Source: Arenicellales bacterium (GTDB lineage Bacteria; Pseudomonadota; Gammaproteobacteria; Arenicellales; JAJDZL01). Taken from it: a DNA stretch of 64,000 nucleotides. The stretch lies in NCBI GenBank assembly GCA_965243305.1, contig CBDEUN010000003.1, positions 1,669,845 to 1,733,844 on the forward strand. Reading direction: 5' to 3'. Position 1 is the stretch's first letter, and every line of letters starts with the position of its first letter. Positions 9,639 through 19,047 of the stretch are shown piece after piece. Below the pieces are notes generated by a model that was given only the letters and a program-made list of their open reading frames with translations, was not told the origin of the DNA and searched no databases. Made by a program: the position numbers and the translations under genes.

Positions 9639-10564
9639 TCGACTTCTTCTCTCCTGTGATAAGGAGTAAACCACTGCGGATCGGTGCGGTATTCCGACGA
9701 GCCGTCCGCAAAGATGCGTACGACTGCACGCCGCGAAGACAGACAAAAACTGTGAATACTGACCGGCATTCCTCCGGTATGTGTGTGTGCAATTTCAATG
9801 TGGCAGTCTACGACCATGGAACTTCCAACAAATCCCATTGGTCCCATGCCAATCTGGTTGCCAAGTTCCTTCAACTCCTCTTCGAGCTTGGCAATTTCAG
9901 GATCGGGATGTCGGTCGCCCACTACCCTGAGACAGGCAGCCTGTTTTCCCAGGACCATACAGGTGTCTTTACTGCCGCCGATGCCGACACCGACAATAGC
10001 TGGCTGGCAGGCCAGGCCGCGGCGACCAAATTGGATCATTGTGTCGAGAAACATCTTTTTGATGCCATCCCAGCCGTCGCCGGGAAATAGCATGCGATAG
10101 TCAGTGCCGAATAGACCTCCCTTGTGTACTGTTGTAATGTCCAGCCAGTCGGCATCGGGTTCAACTGAATACTCGATTTCAGGTGCTCGCGCACCGACAT
10201 TATTGTTGTGATCTTCGCGGGTGAGTGGGTGTACGCGATTGGGCCGAAGCGGAATTTTGGCAGTCGCATCGGCTGTCGCCCGGCGAAGAGCACGTTCCAG
10301 TGCAACAAAGCCACCCTGAATGGCTGCTTCATTGCCAAATTTGACGTAGTAGCGTGGCAAACCGGTATCCGCACACATGGGTCGCTGGTCTGCGACAGCT
10401 GCGTCCCAATTGTCGATCATTGTGTCCAGCACGAAACAGCTGAGTGAGCCTTGTTCGCTGCTGCGAATATCGCGAATTCCGGAGCGGTAGTCATCAGGAA
10501 TCCTAATGGCGGCTTGCCGAGTTATTTCACTGGCGGCTTGCTGGATGACGGTTTCTGTAATCAA
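9635..10564 (-). CDS. Fe-S type hydro-lyase (class I fumarate hydratase / tartrate dehydratase) alpha subunit
   Basis: PMCADTGLPRYYVKFG and GIGGSKD motifs of the N-terminal catalytic domain family. Confidence 0.8.
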   Translation of the reverse strand: MITETVIQQAASEITRQAAIRIPDDYRSGIRDIRSSEQGSLSCFVLDTMIDNWDAAVADQRPMCADTGLPRYYVKFGNEAAIQGGFVALERALRRATADATAKIPLRPNRVHPLTREDHNNNVGARAPEIEYSVEPDADWLDITTVHKGGLFGTDYRMLFPGDGWDGIKKMFLDTMIQFGRRGLACQPAIVGVGIGGSKDTCMVLGKQAACLRVVGDRHPDPEIAKLEEELKELGNQIGMGPMGFVGSSMVVDCHIEIAHTHTGGMPVSIHSFCLSSRRAVVRIFADGSSEYRTDPQWFTPYHRREEVE

Positions 10565-10602
10565 TGGTTGGTTCTCGTATAGAGCTTTAATCTGCCTGAC
10601 AA

Positions 10603-12315
10603 TCAGGGTTGCAATCGGGTAAATGTGACTGCAATAGTTTCAGCATTTATTTTAGTCTCTCCCAGTGTGACCCGCGTATAGCGTGACTCTTCCAAAGGTT
10701 CGGTATGCGGATTGTCGATCAGATAATGGGCACCGCGCGAATCGGATCTTGTTTTTGCTGCGGTGACGATTGCCTGGCTGACCAGAATCTGATTTCTCAA
10801 ATTGAGATAATCATGCCAGCTCAAATTGAATGCATGAGAGTGCGATTCGAGCCCAGTTTCCTCAAGTTTTCTGGAGAGATCAAATAGCTCAGTTTCAGCT
10901 CGATCAAGGCTGTTTATCGAGCGCAGAATACCGGCGTGTTCCCACATAATTTCATACAGTGTTTCACGTACTTCGTTTAGATCACCGGATGGGTGATCAA
11001 ATGGTGCTAAAGCCTGTTCCAAAGTGGCTTGGATCAAAGTACGGTCCGGTTCCGCAAACTCACCGTTAGCTATTACCCAGGACGCAACCGTATCACCGGC
11101 TATGCCACCAAAGACAGTGGAGTTGCCAACACCGTTCCCGCCTAGGCGATTGGAACCATGAACCCCACCGGTATCTTCACCCGCTGCGAACACACCTGTG
11201 AGAGAGGTTGAGCAATCGGTGTTGATTTGAATGCCACCCATAATGTAGTGGGCGGTTGGCGTAACCTCGACTGGGTTTGTCACAAGATCTAGACCGATGT
11301 CAGCGCAGCGTTTGACCATCCCTTTGAACTCATGCCTTACCGAATCAGAATCCAGATGCACCATTGAGATGAAAACACCGCCATTCGGACCGGTTGCACC
11401 GTTTCGCATCTGTTCAAACATAGCGCGACTGACGACATCACGAGTGGCGCGCTCAGCGCGCGGGTCATAGTCAAGCATGAAACGACGTCCAGAGTTGTCA
11501 ATTAAGTGCCCCCCGGCTCCGCGTAGACCCTCTTCGATGATCGTTCCAGTGATTCGGGTGTCGGTTCCGGCCAACAATCCTGTCGGGTGAAACTGAATCA
11601 TCTCCATGTCGCGCAGAGACAGTCTGGCTCGCAATGCAATTGCAAGCCCATCGCAGGACTTGTCTGCAGACGGGGTGTGAAATTTGTACATCGTCGGTCC
11701 AGCACCTGTGGCAATAATGACAGCCTGACACTGAACCAACTTAAATGTACCGCTTTGAATGTCAAGCAGTAATACTGCCGCAATGCGTTGTCGGTCAGCT
11801 GTTGGAATCAAATCAATCGCCCGATGTTCTTCAAGAATGTCGATTGGTCTTGCGCGAATCTGTTCCGCTAGACGGTTCATGATTTCGATGCCTGTCAGAT
11901 CACCCTTGTGAACGGTTCGGTCAAAGGTTTGTCCAGCAAACGCTTTCTGGTGGATTGAACCATCGGGATTGCGGTCAAAGAAACAGCCGTGGCGGTTTTC
12001 CAATTCTCGCACTCGTTCCGGAGCCTTTGAAACCAGTGTCCAGGCGAGTTCCTGATCGTTGATCCATTTGCCACCTTCGATGGTATCGCGAAAATGAGCC
12101 TCAATGGAATCGCCTTCGCTTAACGCGACGTTGTAGCCTCCTTGTACCATGCGAGTGCAACCAGATTTGCCTAACAGTCCTTTGGTAACGACCATAACTC
12201 GGTCAGTTGGATTACCATCATGGGCATGAATCGCTGCAAGGAGTCCAGCGCCACCTGAACCTAGTACTAAGACTTCGGTCTGAAGTTCCTGAACTGTGAT
12301 CGATCCGAATTTCAT
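10603..12315 (-). CDS. Succinate dehydrogenase / fumarate reductase-type flavoprotein subunit
   Basis: FAD fold VLVLGSGGAGLLAA, QFHPTGL, GGNGVGNS and C-terminal helical domain. Start taken at MKFGSITVQ (12315). Confidence 0.8.
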   Translation of the reverse strand: MKFGSITVQELQTEVLVLGSGGAGLLAAIHAHDGNPTDRVMVVTKGLLGKSGCTRMVQGGYNVALSEGDSIEAHFRDTIEGGKWINDQELAWTLVSKAPERVRELENRHGCFFDRNPDGSIHQKAFAGQTFDRTVHKGDLTGIEIMNRLAEQIRARPIDILEEHRAIDLIPTADRQRIAAVLLLDIQSGTFKLVQCQAVIIATGAGPTMYKFHTPSADKSCDGLAIALRARLSLRDMEMIQFHPTGLLAGTDTRITGTIIEEGLRGAGGHLIDNSGRRFMLDYDPRAERATRDVVSRAMFEQMRNGATGPNGGVFISMVHLDSDSVRHEFKGMVKRCADIGLDLVTNPVEVTPTAHYIMGGIQINTDCSTSLTGVFAAGEDTGGVHGSNRLGGNGVGNSTVFGGIAGDTVASWVIANGEFAEPDRTLIQATLEQALAPFDHPSGDLNEVRETLYEIMWEHAGILRSINSLDRAETELFDLSRKLEETGLESHSHAFNLSWHDYLNLRNQILVSQAIVTAAKTRSDSRGAHYLIDNPHTEPLEESRYTRVTLGETKINAETIAVTFTRLQP

Positions 12316-12323
12316 TATTCGTT

Positions 12324-12668
12324 CTAAACCGCGATGAGAAAGAACACACCAACCGCAATTGAAAAAGTCACAACTGCCGAAACCAGTCTTGCGTGATTGT
12401 AGGACACGGAAAACCACTCGATGGCCAGTATCCGAATGCCACCGGCGAGATGGGCAGCAGCCAGCACAATTAGCAGGGTTTCTGATAATTTGACCAGTGG
12501 CGCTGAGGTCCAGTCAAGAAATGCATCAAAGCGCTGTGGATCATCCAACAGCAGAGAGATCACATATAGGTGTACGGGCAGGAATAGCGCAAGGCAGAGC
12601 CCTGAAATCCGATGCAAAATGAACGCCAGATAGCCTGGATGAGTTCGCGAATTGGTTTGATCTTTCAC
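12324..12668 (-). CDS. Sdh/Frd-type membrane anchor subunit (3 TM helices)
   Basis: 114 aa, HRISGLCLALFLPVHL pattern, immediately upstream of the flavoprotein gene. Confidence 0.6.
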   Translation of the reverse strand: MKDQTNSRTHPGYLAFILHRISGLCLALFLPVHLYVISLLLDDPQRFDAFLDWTSAPLVKLSETLLIVLAAAHLAGGIRILAIEWFSVSYNHARLVSAVVTFSIAVGVFFLIAV

Positions 12669-13009
12669 CAGATTGCCTCGATTGCCTCATATCCAAGCCA
12701 TAAGGCGCCAATGACATACAGCAACACGATCACATCAACCACACGTTGGTTAACCGGTGTCCATTCGACGAAAATTTTTCTTAGCCCGATCATGGCGTGA
12801 ACCACTGCAGTCAGTGCAAAGACTCCATAGAATGAAATCCAAAAGAGATTGCCGCGCACGCGATCGACAATTTCAGCAACACTCAACCCACCTTGAACTG
12901 CAAATATGATTGTGACCAGGTGAGTAAATAGCAATAGCGCCAGCAGCGCACCGCTGAGGCGCTGCAAAATGAACAGGGTAAAGCCGGTATCACTCAATCG
13001 AACGTTCAT
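12665..13009 (-). CDS. Sdh/Frd-type membrane anchor subunit (3 TM helices)
   Basis: 114 aa, LQRLSGALLALLLFTHL pattern; 4-nt overlap with the next anchor gene. Confidence 0.6.
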   Translation of the reverse strand: MNVRLSDTGFTLFILQRLSGALLALLLFTHLVTIIFAVQGGLSVAEIVDRVRGNLFWISFYGVFALTAVVHAMIGLRKIFVEWTPVNQRVVDVIVLLYVIGALWLGYEAIEAIW

Positions 13010-14678
13010 AATTTCCGTCTTTGTCTTGCATCACCAGTTTTCGAAGTTCACCGCGTCTGATTTTGCCGCTGCTTGTCATTGGAAACTCATCAACAAACTC
13101 GATGATTCTTGGGTGTTTGTAAAACGCGAGTCGATTCTTGACAAACTGCTGTAATTCTTTACGGGTCTGATCATCTCTGGCGACGCCATCTCGAACGCGG
13201 ATGAACGCAACGACTATCGTACCACGCTTGAAATCTGGCTTACCTACGACTGCGGCTTCTGCTACGTCAGGGTGACAAAGCAGGGCTTCTTCAACCTCGT
13301 TGGGTCCAATTCGATAACCACCGCTCTTGATCAGGTCATCAGTGCGCCCTTTATACCAGAAATAGCCTTCCTTATCGCGCACGGCGAGGTCACCCGATCT
13401 TAGCCAGTTGCCAACATACATGTGATTCGGCAGTCCTTCCTCTCCCCAGTAACCCAAGAAAAGACAGGGTTCATCTGGTGCCCACGCAGCCACTTCGCCA
13501 ATGGTTTCATCCGGTTGCTCAACACCGTTTTCATTAATGATGGCAACTGTGTGTCCAGGAAAGACCCGGCCCATTGATCCAGGTACGGTTGCATAAAGTC
13601 GTTTGCAACAGCCAATGGAATCGCTGAATTCAGTCTGACCGTAAAACTCATTACACGCGACACCAAATTCCTCCTCTGCCCAACGCAATACTTCTCCCGG
13701 AAGGCTCTCTCCTCCGGTGCAGACAACACGCATGGCCAGACACCATTTTTCACGCGGATTTTTAACTTCTGCAAGCCGTTTGAGTGCGGTTGGCGTGAGA
13801 AATGAATGGGTAATTCCGTGTCTTTCCATGAACTCAAACGCCCAATCCGCTGTAAAGCGATGATTGCAGGAGACAACGGTCTGGCCATGCTGCCAGGCTG
13901 GTAGCGCCACGTCAAATAGTCCCCCAACCCAGGCCCAGTCAGAAGGCGTCCAGAACACACCGTTCTCAAAATTGAGTTCCAGGTTGTAGACCAGAGTAAG
14001 GCTCGGCTGAAACGCATGTAGCAGTCGATGTGAATGGACCATTCCTTTTGGCTTACCAGTTGAGCCCGAGGTGTACATCAGAATAGCTGGTTCCTCGGTA
14101 TCAGAAATCACCGGTTCAAACCCCTCTCGTGAAACTTCAAGACAGTTATTGAATTCAATCTCACCAGGTTCACACGGGCCGTTCACAATGCAATGCTGAA
14201 GTGACGGGAGGTTGCTGCAATGATCGCGCAGTCTTGACCAGTATTCTGACTGAGAAATGAAAACCCGAGTTCCTGAATCATTAATGACATGAACGACAGC
14301 ATCCGGACCATAAAGGTGTGAGACCGTAAGGGCAATCGCGCCTAATTTGTAGACAGCCATATGCGAGATTGCGGTTTCTCGGCCCTGAGCAGTGTTAATG
14401 GCAACGGGTTCTCCGCGCTGAACACCCAACTTTCTAAGCGAAACGGCGAACCTGCTGGCTAAATCGTCCAGCTCAGCGTAGGTAAATTGTTCAATTGATC
14501 CGTCAGGGTTTTCATGAATCAAAGCAATGTGGTTGGCTCTTTCTGTTTGGGCGATGCGGCCGATGGTATCACCCGCCAAGTTGGCATTTTTTGGGATGCC
14601 GATCACATATCGATCTTGTGCTGCATCCAGATAGAGATTGGTGATTTCAGCGAGAGGTGCAAAGACCGAATCAGCCAT
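12990..14678 (-). CDS. AMP-forming acyl-CoA synthetase (ANL superfamily), paralog 1 of 3
   Basis: YTSGSTGKPKG, GYWG, SGDLAVRDKEGYFWYKGRTDDLIKSGGYRIGPNEVE, SSGKIRR motifs. Confidence 0.85.
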   Translation of the reverse strand: MADSVFAPLAEITNLYLDAAQDRYVIGIPKNANLAGDTIGRIAQTERANHIALIHENPDGSIEQFTYAELDDLASRFAVSLRKLGVQRGEPVAINTAQGRETAISHMAVYKLGAIALTVSHLYGPDAVVHVINDSGTRVFISQSEYWSRLRDHCSNLPSLQHCIVNGPCEPGEIEFNNCLEVSREGFEPVISDTEEPAILMYTSGSTGKPKGMVHSHRLLHAFQPSLTLVYNLELNFENGVFWTPSDWAWVGGLFDVALPAWQHGQTVVSCNHRFTADWAFEFMERHGITHSFLTPTALKRLAEVKNPREKWCLAMRVVCTGGESLPGEVLRWAEEEFGVACNEFYGQTEFSDSIGCCKRLYATVPGSMGRVFPGHTVAIINENGVEQPDETIGEVAAWAPDEPCLFLGYWGEEGLPNHMYVGNWLRSGDLAVRDKEGYFWYKGRTDDLIKSGGYRIGPNEVEEALLCHPDVAEAAVVGKPDFKRGTIVVAFIRVRDGVARDDQTRKELQQFVKNRLAFYKHPRIIEFVDEFPMTSSGKIRRGELRKLVMQDKDGNYERSIE

Positions 14679-14748
14679 TGGAGTGAGTCTTGGCTAGTAT
14701 TGCAAAGTTGATAGATTGAGTCTTCTTGCTATGACAATGATTTGCTTG

Positions 14749-16413
14749 TCACTGAGATCCGCTGGCGGCGCGCTCACGCAGCGCTTTGCGCCTGATCTTT
14801 CCGGAACTTGTGAGCGGAAATGAATCGACAAATTCAATCACTCGCGGATATTTATAGGTGGCCAGATTTTCCTTGACGTGGTCCTGAAGGATTTTTCTCA
14901 CTTCATTACTCTTTACCTGACCCTGCATCAGCCGAACATAAGCCATCACCACCTGTCCGCGCGCCTTGTCGGGCTTTCCAACCACCGCAGCCTCTGCGAC
15001 GTAAGGGTGTGAAATCAATGTATCTTCAACCTCGTTTGGACCGATTCGATAACCGGCACTCTTGATCAAGTCATCATTACGCCCCTGGTACCAGAAGTAA
15101 CCGTTCTCATCTCGTACCGCGAGATCACCCGAGCATAACCAATTGCCACGTCGCATTCTTTCTGGTACGCCGGGCTCACCCCAATAGCCAAGAAACAAAC
15201 TCGGGTCGTCCGGCAACCAAGATGCGACTTCTCCAGCGGTGCCGTCTGGTTGCCGATTACCATCCTCGTCGATGACTGCAACGTTCCGACCTGGAAACGC
15301 CAATCCCATTGAGCCTGGAATAGGTGAGAACAAACGTTTACAGCAGCCGACCATGTGGTTGAACTCAGTCAGGCCATAGAACTCGTTACATACAATTCCG
15401 AATTCCTCTTCAGCCCAGCGCAAAACTTCGCCGGGTAGACTTTCGCCACCAGTGCAGATTACTCTGGTCGCAAGATTCCATCTTTTTCGTGGCTCGCTAA
15501 TTTCAGCAATTCGCTTAACCGCAGTCGGCGTCATGAATGAATGGGTAACTTGATGTCGCTCCATAAATTCGAAGGCCCACTCCGCAGTGAATCGCTGATT
15601 CGTGGAAACAACTGTCTGTCCGTGCTGCCAGGCTGGCAATGCAAGGTCTAGCAAGCCGCCAACCCAGGCCCAGTCGGCTGGACTCCAGAAAACTCCGTTC
15701 GGATAGTTGAGTTCCATGTTGAAGACCAGCGTCAGTGATGGGATATAGGCATGAATGATGCGATGCGCGTGAATCAGCCCCTTGGGCATACCGGTTGAAC
15801 CCGATGTGTACATCAGAAGAGCCGGGTCTTCGGTTTTGGTGATGACAGGTTCAAAGCCTTCACTTGAGGTCTTAAGGCAGTCTGAAAAACTGATTTCACC
15901 TGGTTCCGTATTACCAAACACAATCCGGTGACGGAGCGTTTTAACTTGATCCAGTCGGTCGCGCAGGGATGCCCAATAATCGGAGTTCGTAATAATGACC
16001 TTGGCTTTGGAATCGTTTATGACATGTGCGATGGCATCTGGACGGTAGAGATGCGACAAGGTTAGTGCGATTGCACCTAGTTTGTAGACCGCCATGTGGG
16101 CAATTGCGGTCTGCGGGCTTTGTGCCGTGTGAATGGCAACCGGCTCACCATGTTGAACGCCAAGATTTGCGAGATATACCGCAAATCTCGAAGCCAGGTC
16201 GTCCAACTCTGCGTAGGTATACTCTTCGATTGATCCGTCAAGATTCTCGTGAATCAATGCCAGATGATCAGACCGATCACCCTTCGCAAAACGTCCGATT
16301 GTATCGGCAGCAATATTGGCATTCAGCGGCATGCCAATCCGGTAGCGGTCACCTGCGACGTCGCGATATAGATTGGTGACTTCAACGAGTGGCTGAAATA
16401 CTCTGTTGTCCAT
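14749..16413 (-). CDS. AMP-forming acyl-CoA synthetase (ANL superfamily), paralog 2 of 3
   Basis: Same motif set (YTSGSTGMPKG ... SSGKIRR). Collinear with paralog 1 at roughly 70% identity by eye. Confidence 0.85.
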   Translation of the reverse strand: MDNRVFQPLVEVTNLYRDVAGDRYRIGMPLNANIAADTIGRFAKGDRSDHLALIHENLDGSIEEYTYAELDDLASRFAVYLANLGVQHGEPVAIHTAQSPQTAIAHMAVYKLGAIALTLSHLYRPDAIAHVINDSKAKVIITNSDYWASLRDRLDQVKTLRHRIVFGNTEPGEISFSDCLKTSSEGFEPVITKTEDPALLMYTSGSTGMPKGLIHAHRIIHAYIPSLTLVFNMELNYPNGVFWSPADWAWVGGLLDLALPAWQHGQTVVSTNQRFTAEWAFEFMERHQVTHSFMTPTAVKRIAEISEPRKRWNLATRVICTGGESLPGEVLRWAEEEFGIVCNEFYGLTEFNHMVGCCKRLFSPIPGSMGLAFPGRNVAVIDEDGNRQPDGTAGEVASWLPDDPSLFLGYWGEPGVPERMRRGNWLCSGDLAVRDENGYFWYQGRNDDLIKSAGYRIGPNEVEDTLISHPYVAEAAVVGKPDKARGQVVMAYVRLMQGQVKSNEVRKILQDHVKENLATYKYPRVIEFVDSFPLTSSGKIRRKALRERAASGSQ

Positions 16414-18083
16414 TATTCAGACTTGGAATTGGAGGCGGCTCTCTGTCGTAAAAGGTCTCGTTTGATTTTACCAGTGTAAGTTCTTGGGAAAGAGTCGACA
16501 AACTCGATATATCGGGGATATTCGTAAACTGCAAGACTGTTCTTGACATGCTGCTGCAGGCGAGTTCGAGTTGCATCATTCTCTTTTACACCACTTGCTA
16601 GACGGACAAAGGCCATCACTGCAGTGCCACGCTCGAGATCAGGTTTACCGACAATCACTGCTTCTGCAACATCCGGGTGAGATTCAAGGGTGTCTTCAAT
16701 TTCTGTGGGACCAATGCGATATCCGGCGCTCTTGATCAAGTCGTCCTTGCGGCACTGGAACCAGAAATAGCCATCTTCATCGCGTATGGCAAGGTCTCCG
16801 GTAGTTAGCCACTTTCCAAGTTTCAAATTGTCGGGTACACCAGGATTACCCCAGTATCCGAGAATGAGCGTCGGGTCATCTTCCAATAGCGATGCAACTT
16901 CGCCTACAACACCGTCAGCCTGTTCGACACCATTCTCATCAATGATTGCGACATAACGACCGGGAAATGCCCGCCCCATTGACCCGGGTTTGGTCGGAAA
17001 CAGGCGTTTACAGCATCCGATCATATCGGTAAACTCTGTCAGGCCATAGAGTTCATTGCAGACTATGCCAAAGTCGTCTTCGCACCAGCGCAGAATCTCG
17101 CGGGGTAAACTTTCACCGGAAGTACAGACAACTCGCATGGCAAGATTCCACTTGGAACGCGGATTGGCAACTTCCGCCAGTCGCTTCAGTGCGGTCGCAG
17201 TCATAAAAGAGTGAGTGACCTGATGACGAGCCATGAAATCAAATGCCCAATCAGCTGAAAATCGTCGATGGGTTGATACAACAGTCTGCCCGTGTTGCCA
17301 GGCAGGAAAACAAAGGTCGTAAAGACCACCGCTCCAGGCCCAGTCAGACGGTGTCCAGAACACGGATCCCGGTGCATCCAGTTCTAGGTTGTAGACCAGG
17401 TTGAGGGTTGGACGGTAACAATGTCCGCTACGGTGCGAAAGAAGAACACCCTTGGGACTACCCGTCGCTCCCGATGTGTACATCAACACTGCTGGGTCTT
17501 CTGTTGCTGTGATGACTGGTTCAAACTGTTCGGATGATGTTGTCAGCAGTTCGTCGAACGACAGTTCATCCGATTCGGGAGTGCCGCATACGATGCAGAA
17601 TTGCAGGGATTTTAGATTACTGGCTGTGTCGCGAAGTGAATTCCAGTGGTCTGAATGAGTAATGATGACCGAAGGCTTGCAATCGTTGACGATGTGAGTG
17701 AAAGCGTCTGGACCGGCGAGATGCGATAGGGTCACAACGATTGCACCCAACTTGTAGATGGCCATGTGTGAAATTGCAGTTTCCGGACTCTGGGCTGTTT
17801 GCACAACAACAGGGCTGCCCTTGCTTACCCCCATGTTTGAAAGAGATACAGCGAGTCTTGAGGCCAAATCATCCAGTTCTGCATAGGTATAGGACCGGGT
17901 CGAAAGATCAGGGTACTCGTGGATCAGAGCAATGCGATCACCCTGACCGTTTCTGGCGTATCGCCCGATGGTGTCGGCAGCGATGTTTGCATTGACCGGC
18001 ATTGCGACGCGATAACGGTCGCCAGCGGGGTCGACGTAAAGATTGGTGGTTTTCGTCAGAACCGAAAAGACCGGATCGATCAA
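16413..18083 (-). CDS. AMP-forming acyl-CoA synthetase (ANL superfamily), paralog 3 of 3
   Basis: YTSGATGSPKG ... YTGKIKR. Its stop overlaps the start of paralog 2 by 1 nt. Confidence 0.85.
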   Translation of the reverse strand: MIDPVFSVLTKTTNLYVDPAGDRYRVAMPVNANIAADTIGRYARNGQGDRIALIHEYPDLSTRSYTYAELDDLASRLAVSLSNMGVSKGSPVVVQTAQSPETAISHMAIYKLGAIVVTLSHLAGPDAFTHIVNDCKPSVIITHSDHWNSLRDTASNLKSLQFCIVCGTPESDELSFDELLTTSSEQFEPVITATEDPAVLMYTSGATGSPKGVLLSHRSGHCYRPTLNLVYNLELDAPGSVFWTPSDWAWSGGLYDLCFPAWQHGQTVVSTHRRFSADWAFDFMARHQVTHSFMTATALKRLAEVANPRSKWNLAMRVVCTSGESLPREILRWCEDDFGIVCNELYGLTEFTDMIGCCKRLFPTKPGSMGRAFPGRYVAIIDENGVEQADGVVGEVASLLEDDPTLILGYWGNPGVPDNLKLGKWLTTGDLAIRDEDGYFWFQCRKDDLIKSAGYRIGPTEIEDTLESHPDVAEAVIVGKPDLERGTAVMAFVRLASGVKENDATRTRLQQHVKNSLAVYEYPRYIEFVDSFPRTYTGKIKRDLLRQRAASNSKSE

Positions 18084-18101
18084 TGTAACGTCTGTCGTAA
18101 A

Positions 18102-18899
18102 TCAGAGACCAGGAATGCGGTCAGCGAATATGGCGTGCAGACCATCGGCCAAAAGTTCAGCCCAATTCTTGATATCGGTGTCACTGGTCAGCAAGTCGTT
18201 TCGGGTTTCAATTGACAAGCCAAGCAGACCGCGATTTTCTGCGTGGGTGCGAAGTGTGTAGTCACTTAAATCGGATACTGAAAAAATCTCGTTGACGCCG
18301 TAGTTGAATCCAGGTCGCTTAGTCTGTAAGAAGTCTCTAAGTTCGAGTGCGAGGTCTACTGTAGCGCGGGAAATCAGGTCAAAATGCCAGAAACGTGGCG
18401 GTTGGTTACGCAGACTGGGTGTAAAACTGTGAATCGCAACTAGTGCTTTTGGTGGATTCTCGGATTCGCCAATGACACCTGCAATTGATTTGTGATAGGC
18501 TTCGAATATCTCTGCGACTCGAAACTCTTTCTGATTGTCGGTCAGATTCTGATTAAAGGGTACAGGGGTGCCGTCACTCACTTCGGGACAGAGTTCAGGC
18601 GAGTTGAGCGGTCGGTTCATATCGATGACGAGTCGCGAGTAGCGTTGCATGATCAGGTTTGAGTTTAAAACACGTGCAACAATTTGAGCGACGGCTCGTG
18701 CACCGACATCTATGGCAATATGTCGATTCATGTCTTCGGGTTTCGGCATTAACTGCTGTAGCTTCTTGGGTACAGCATTCCCGGCGTGATCACAGACAAT
18801 CAGAACCGGACTTGAATTTTCAACGCAGAAGATTTCAACAGGATGGGGATCATCCGGAGTTAGCAGTAAGTTGTTATTCAGATTTGGCAACTCAGACAA
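18102..18899 (-). CDS. N-formylglutamate amidohydrolase-family protein
   Basis: 265 aa; LIVCDHAGNAVP and HSFTP motifs are typical of the FGase family. Confidence 0.65.
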   Translation of the reverse strand: MSELPNLNNNLLLTPDDPHPVEIFCVENSSPVLIVCDHAGNAVPKKLQQLMPKPEDMNRHIAIDVGARAVAQIVARVLNSNLIMQRYSRLVIDMNRPLNSPELCPEVSDGTPVPFNQNLTDNQKEFRVAEIFEAYHKSIAGVIGESENPPKALVAIHSFTPSLRNQPPRFWHFDLISRATVDLALELRDFLQTKRPGFNYGVNEIFSVSDLSDYTLRTHAENRGLLGLSIETRNDLLTSDTDIKNWAELLADGLHAIFADRIPGL

Positions 18900-19047
18900 T
18901 CAGATTTCGCGTATTACGATTGATTTATTTGGTAGGAACAGATTCGCTGCTGATACGGAGTTTGAGACGAACGCATCCTGAGGTCAGAAATTTCAAAAGC
19001 CAATATTATGTTGCAAACTGTGTGCGCACAAATGCTTATTCTAAATT

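Noticed and set aside
13400-14017. 205-aa alternative-frame ORF inside acyl-CoA synthetase paralog 1
   Set aside because: It is fully nested in a gene with strong ANL motifs. Its composition (Trp/Arg/Leu-rich) looks non-coding.
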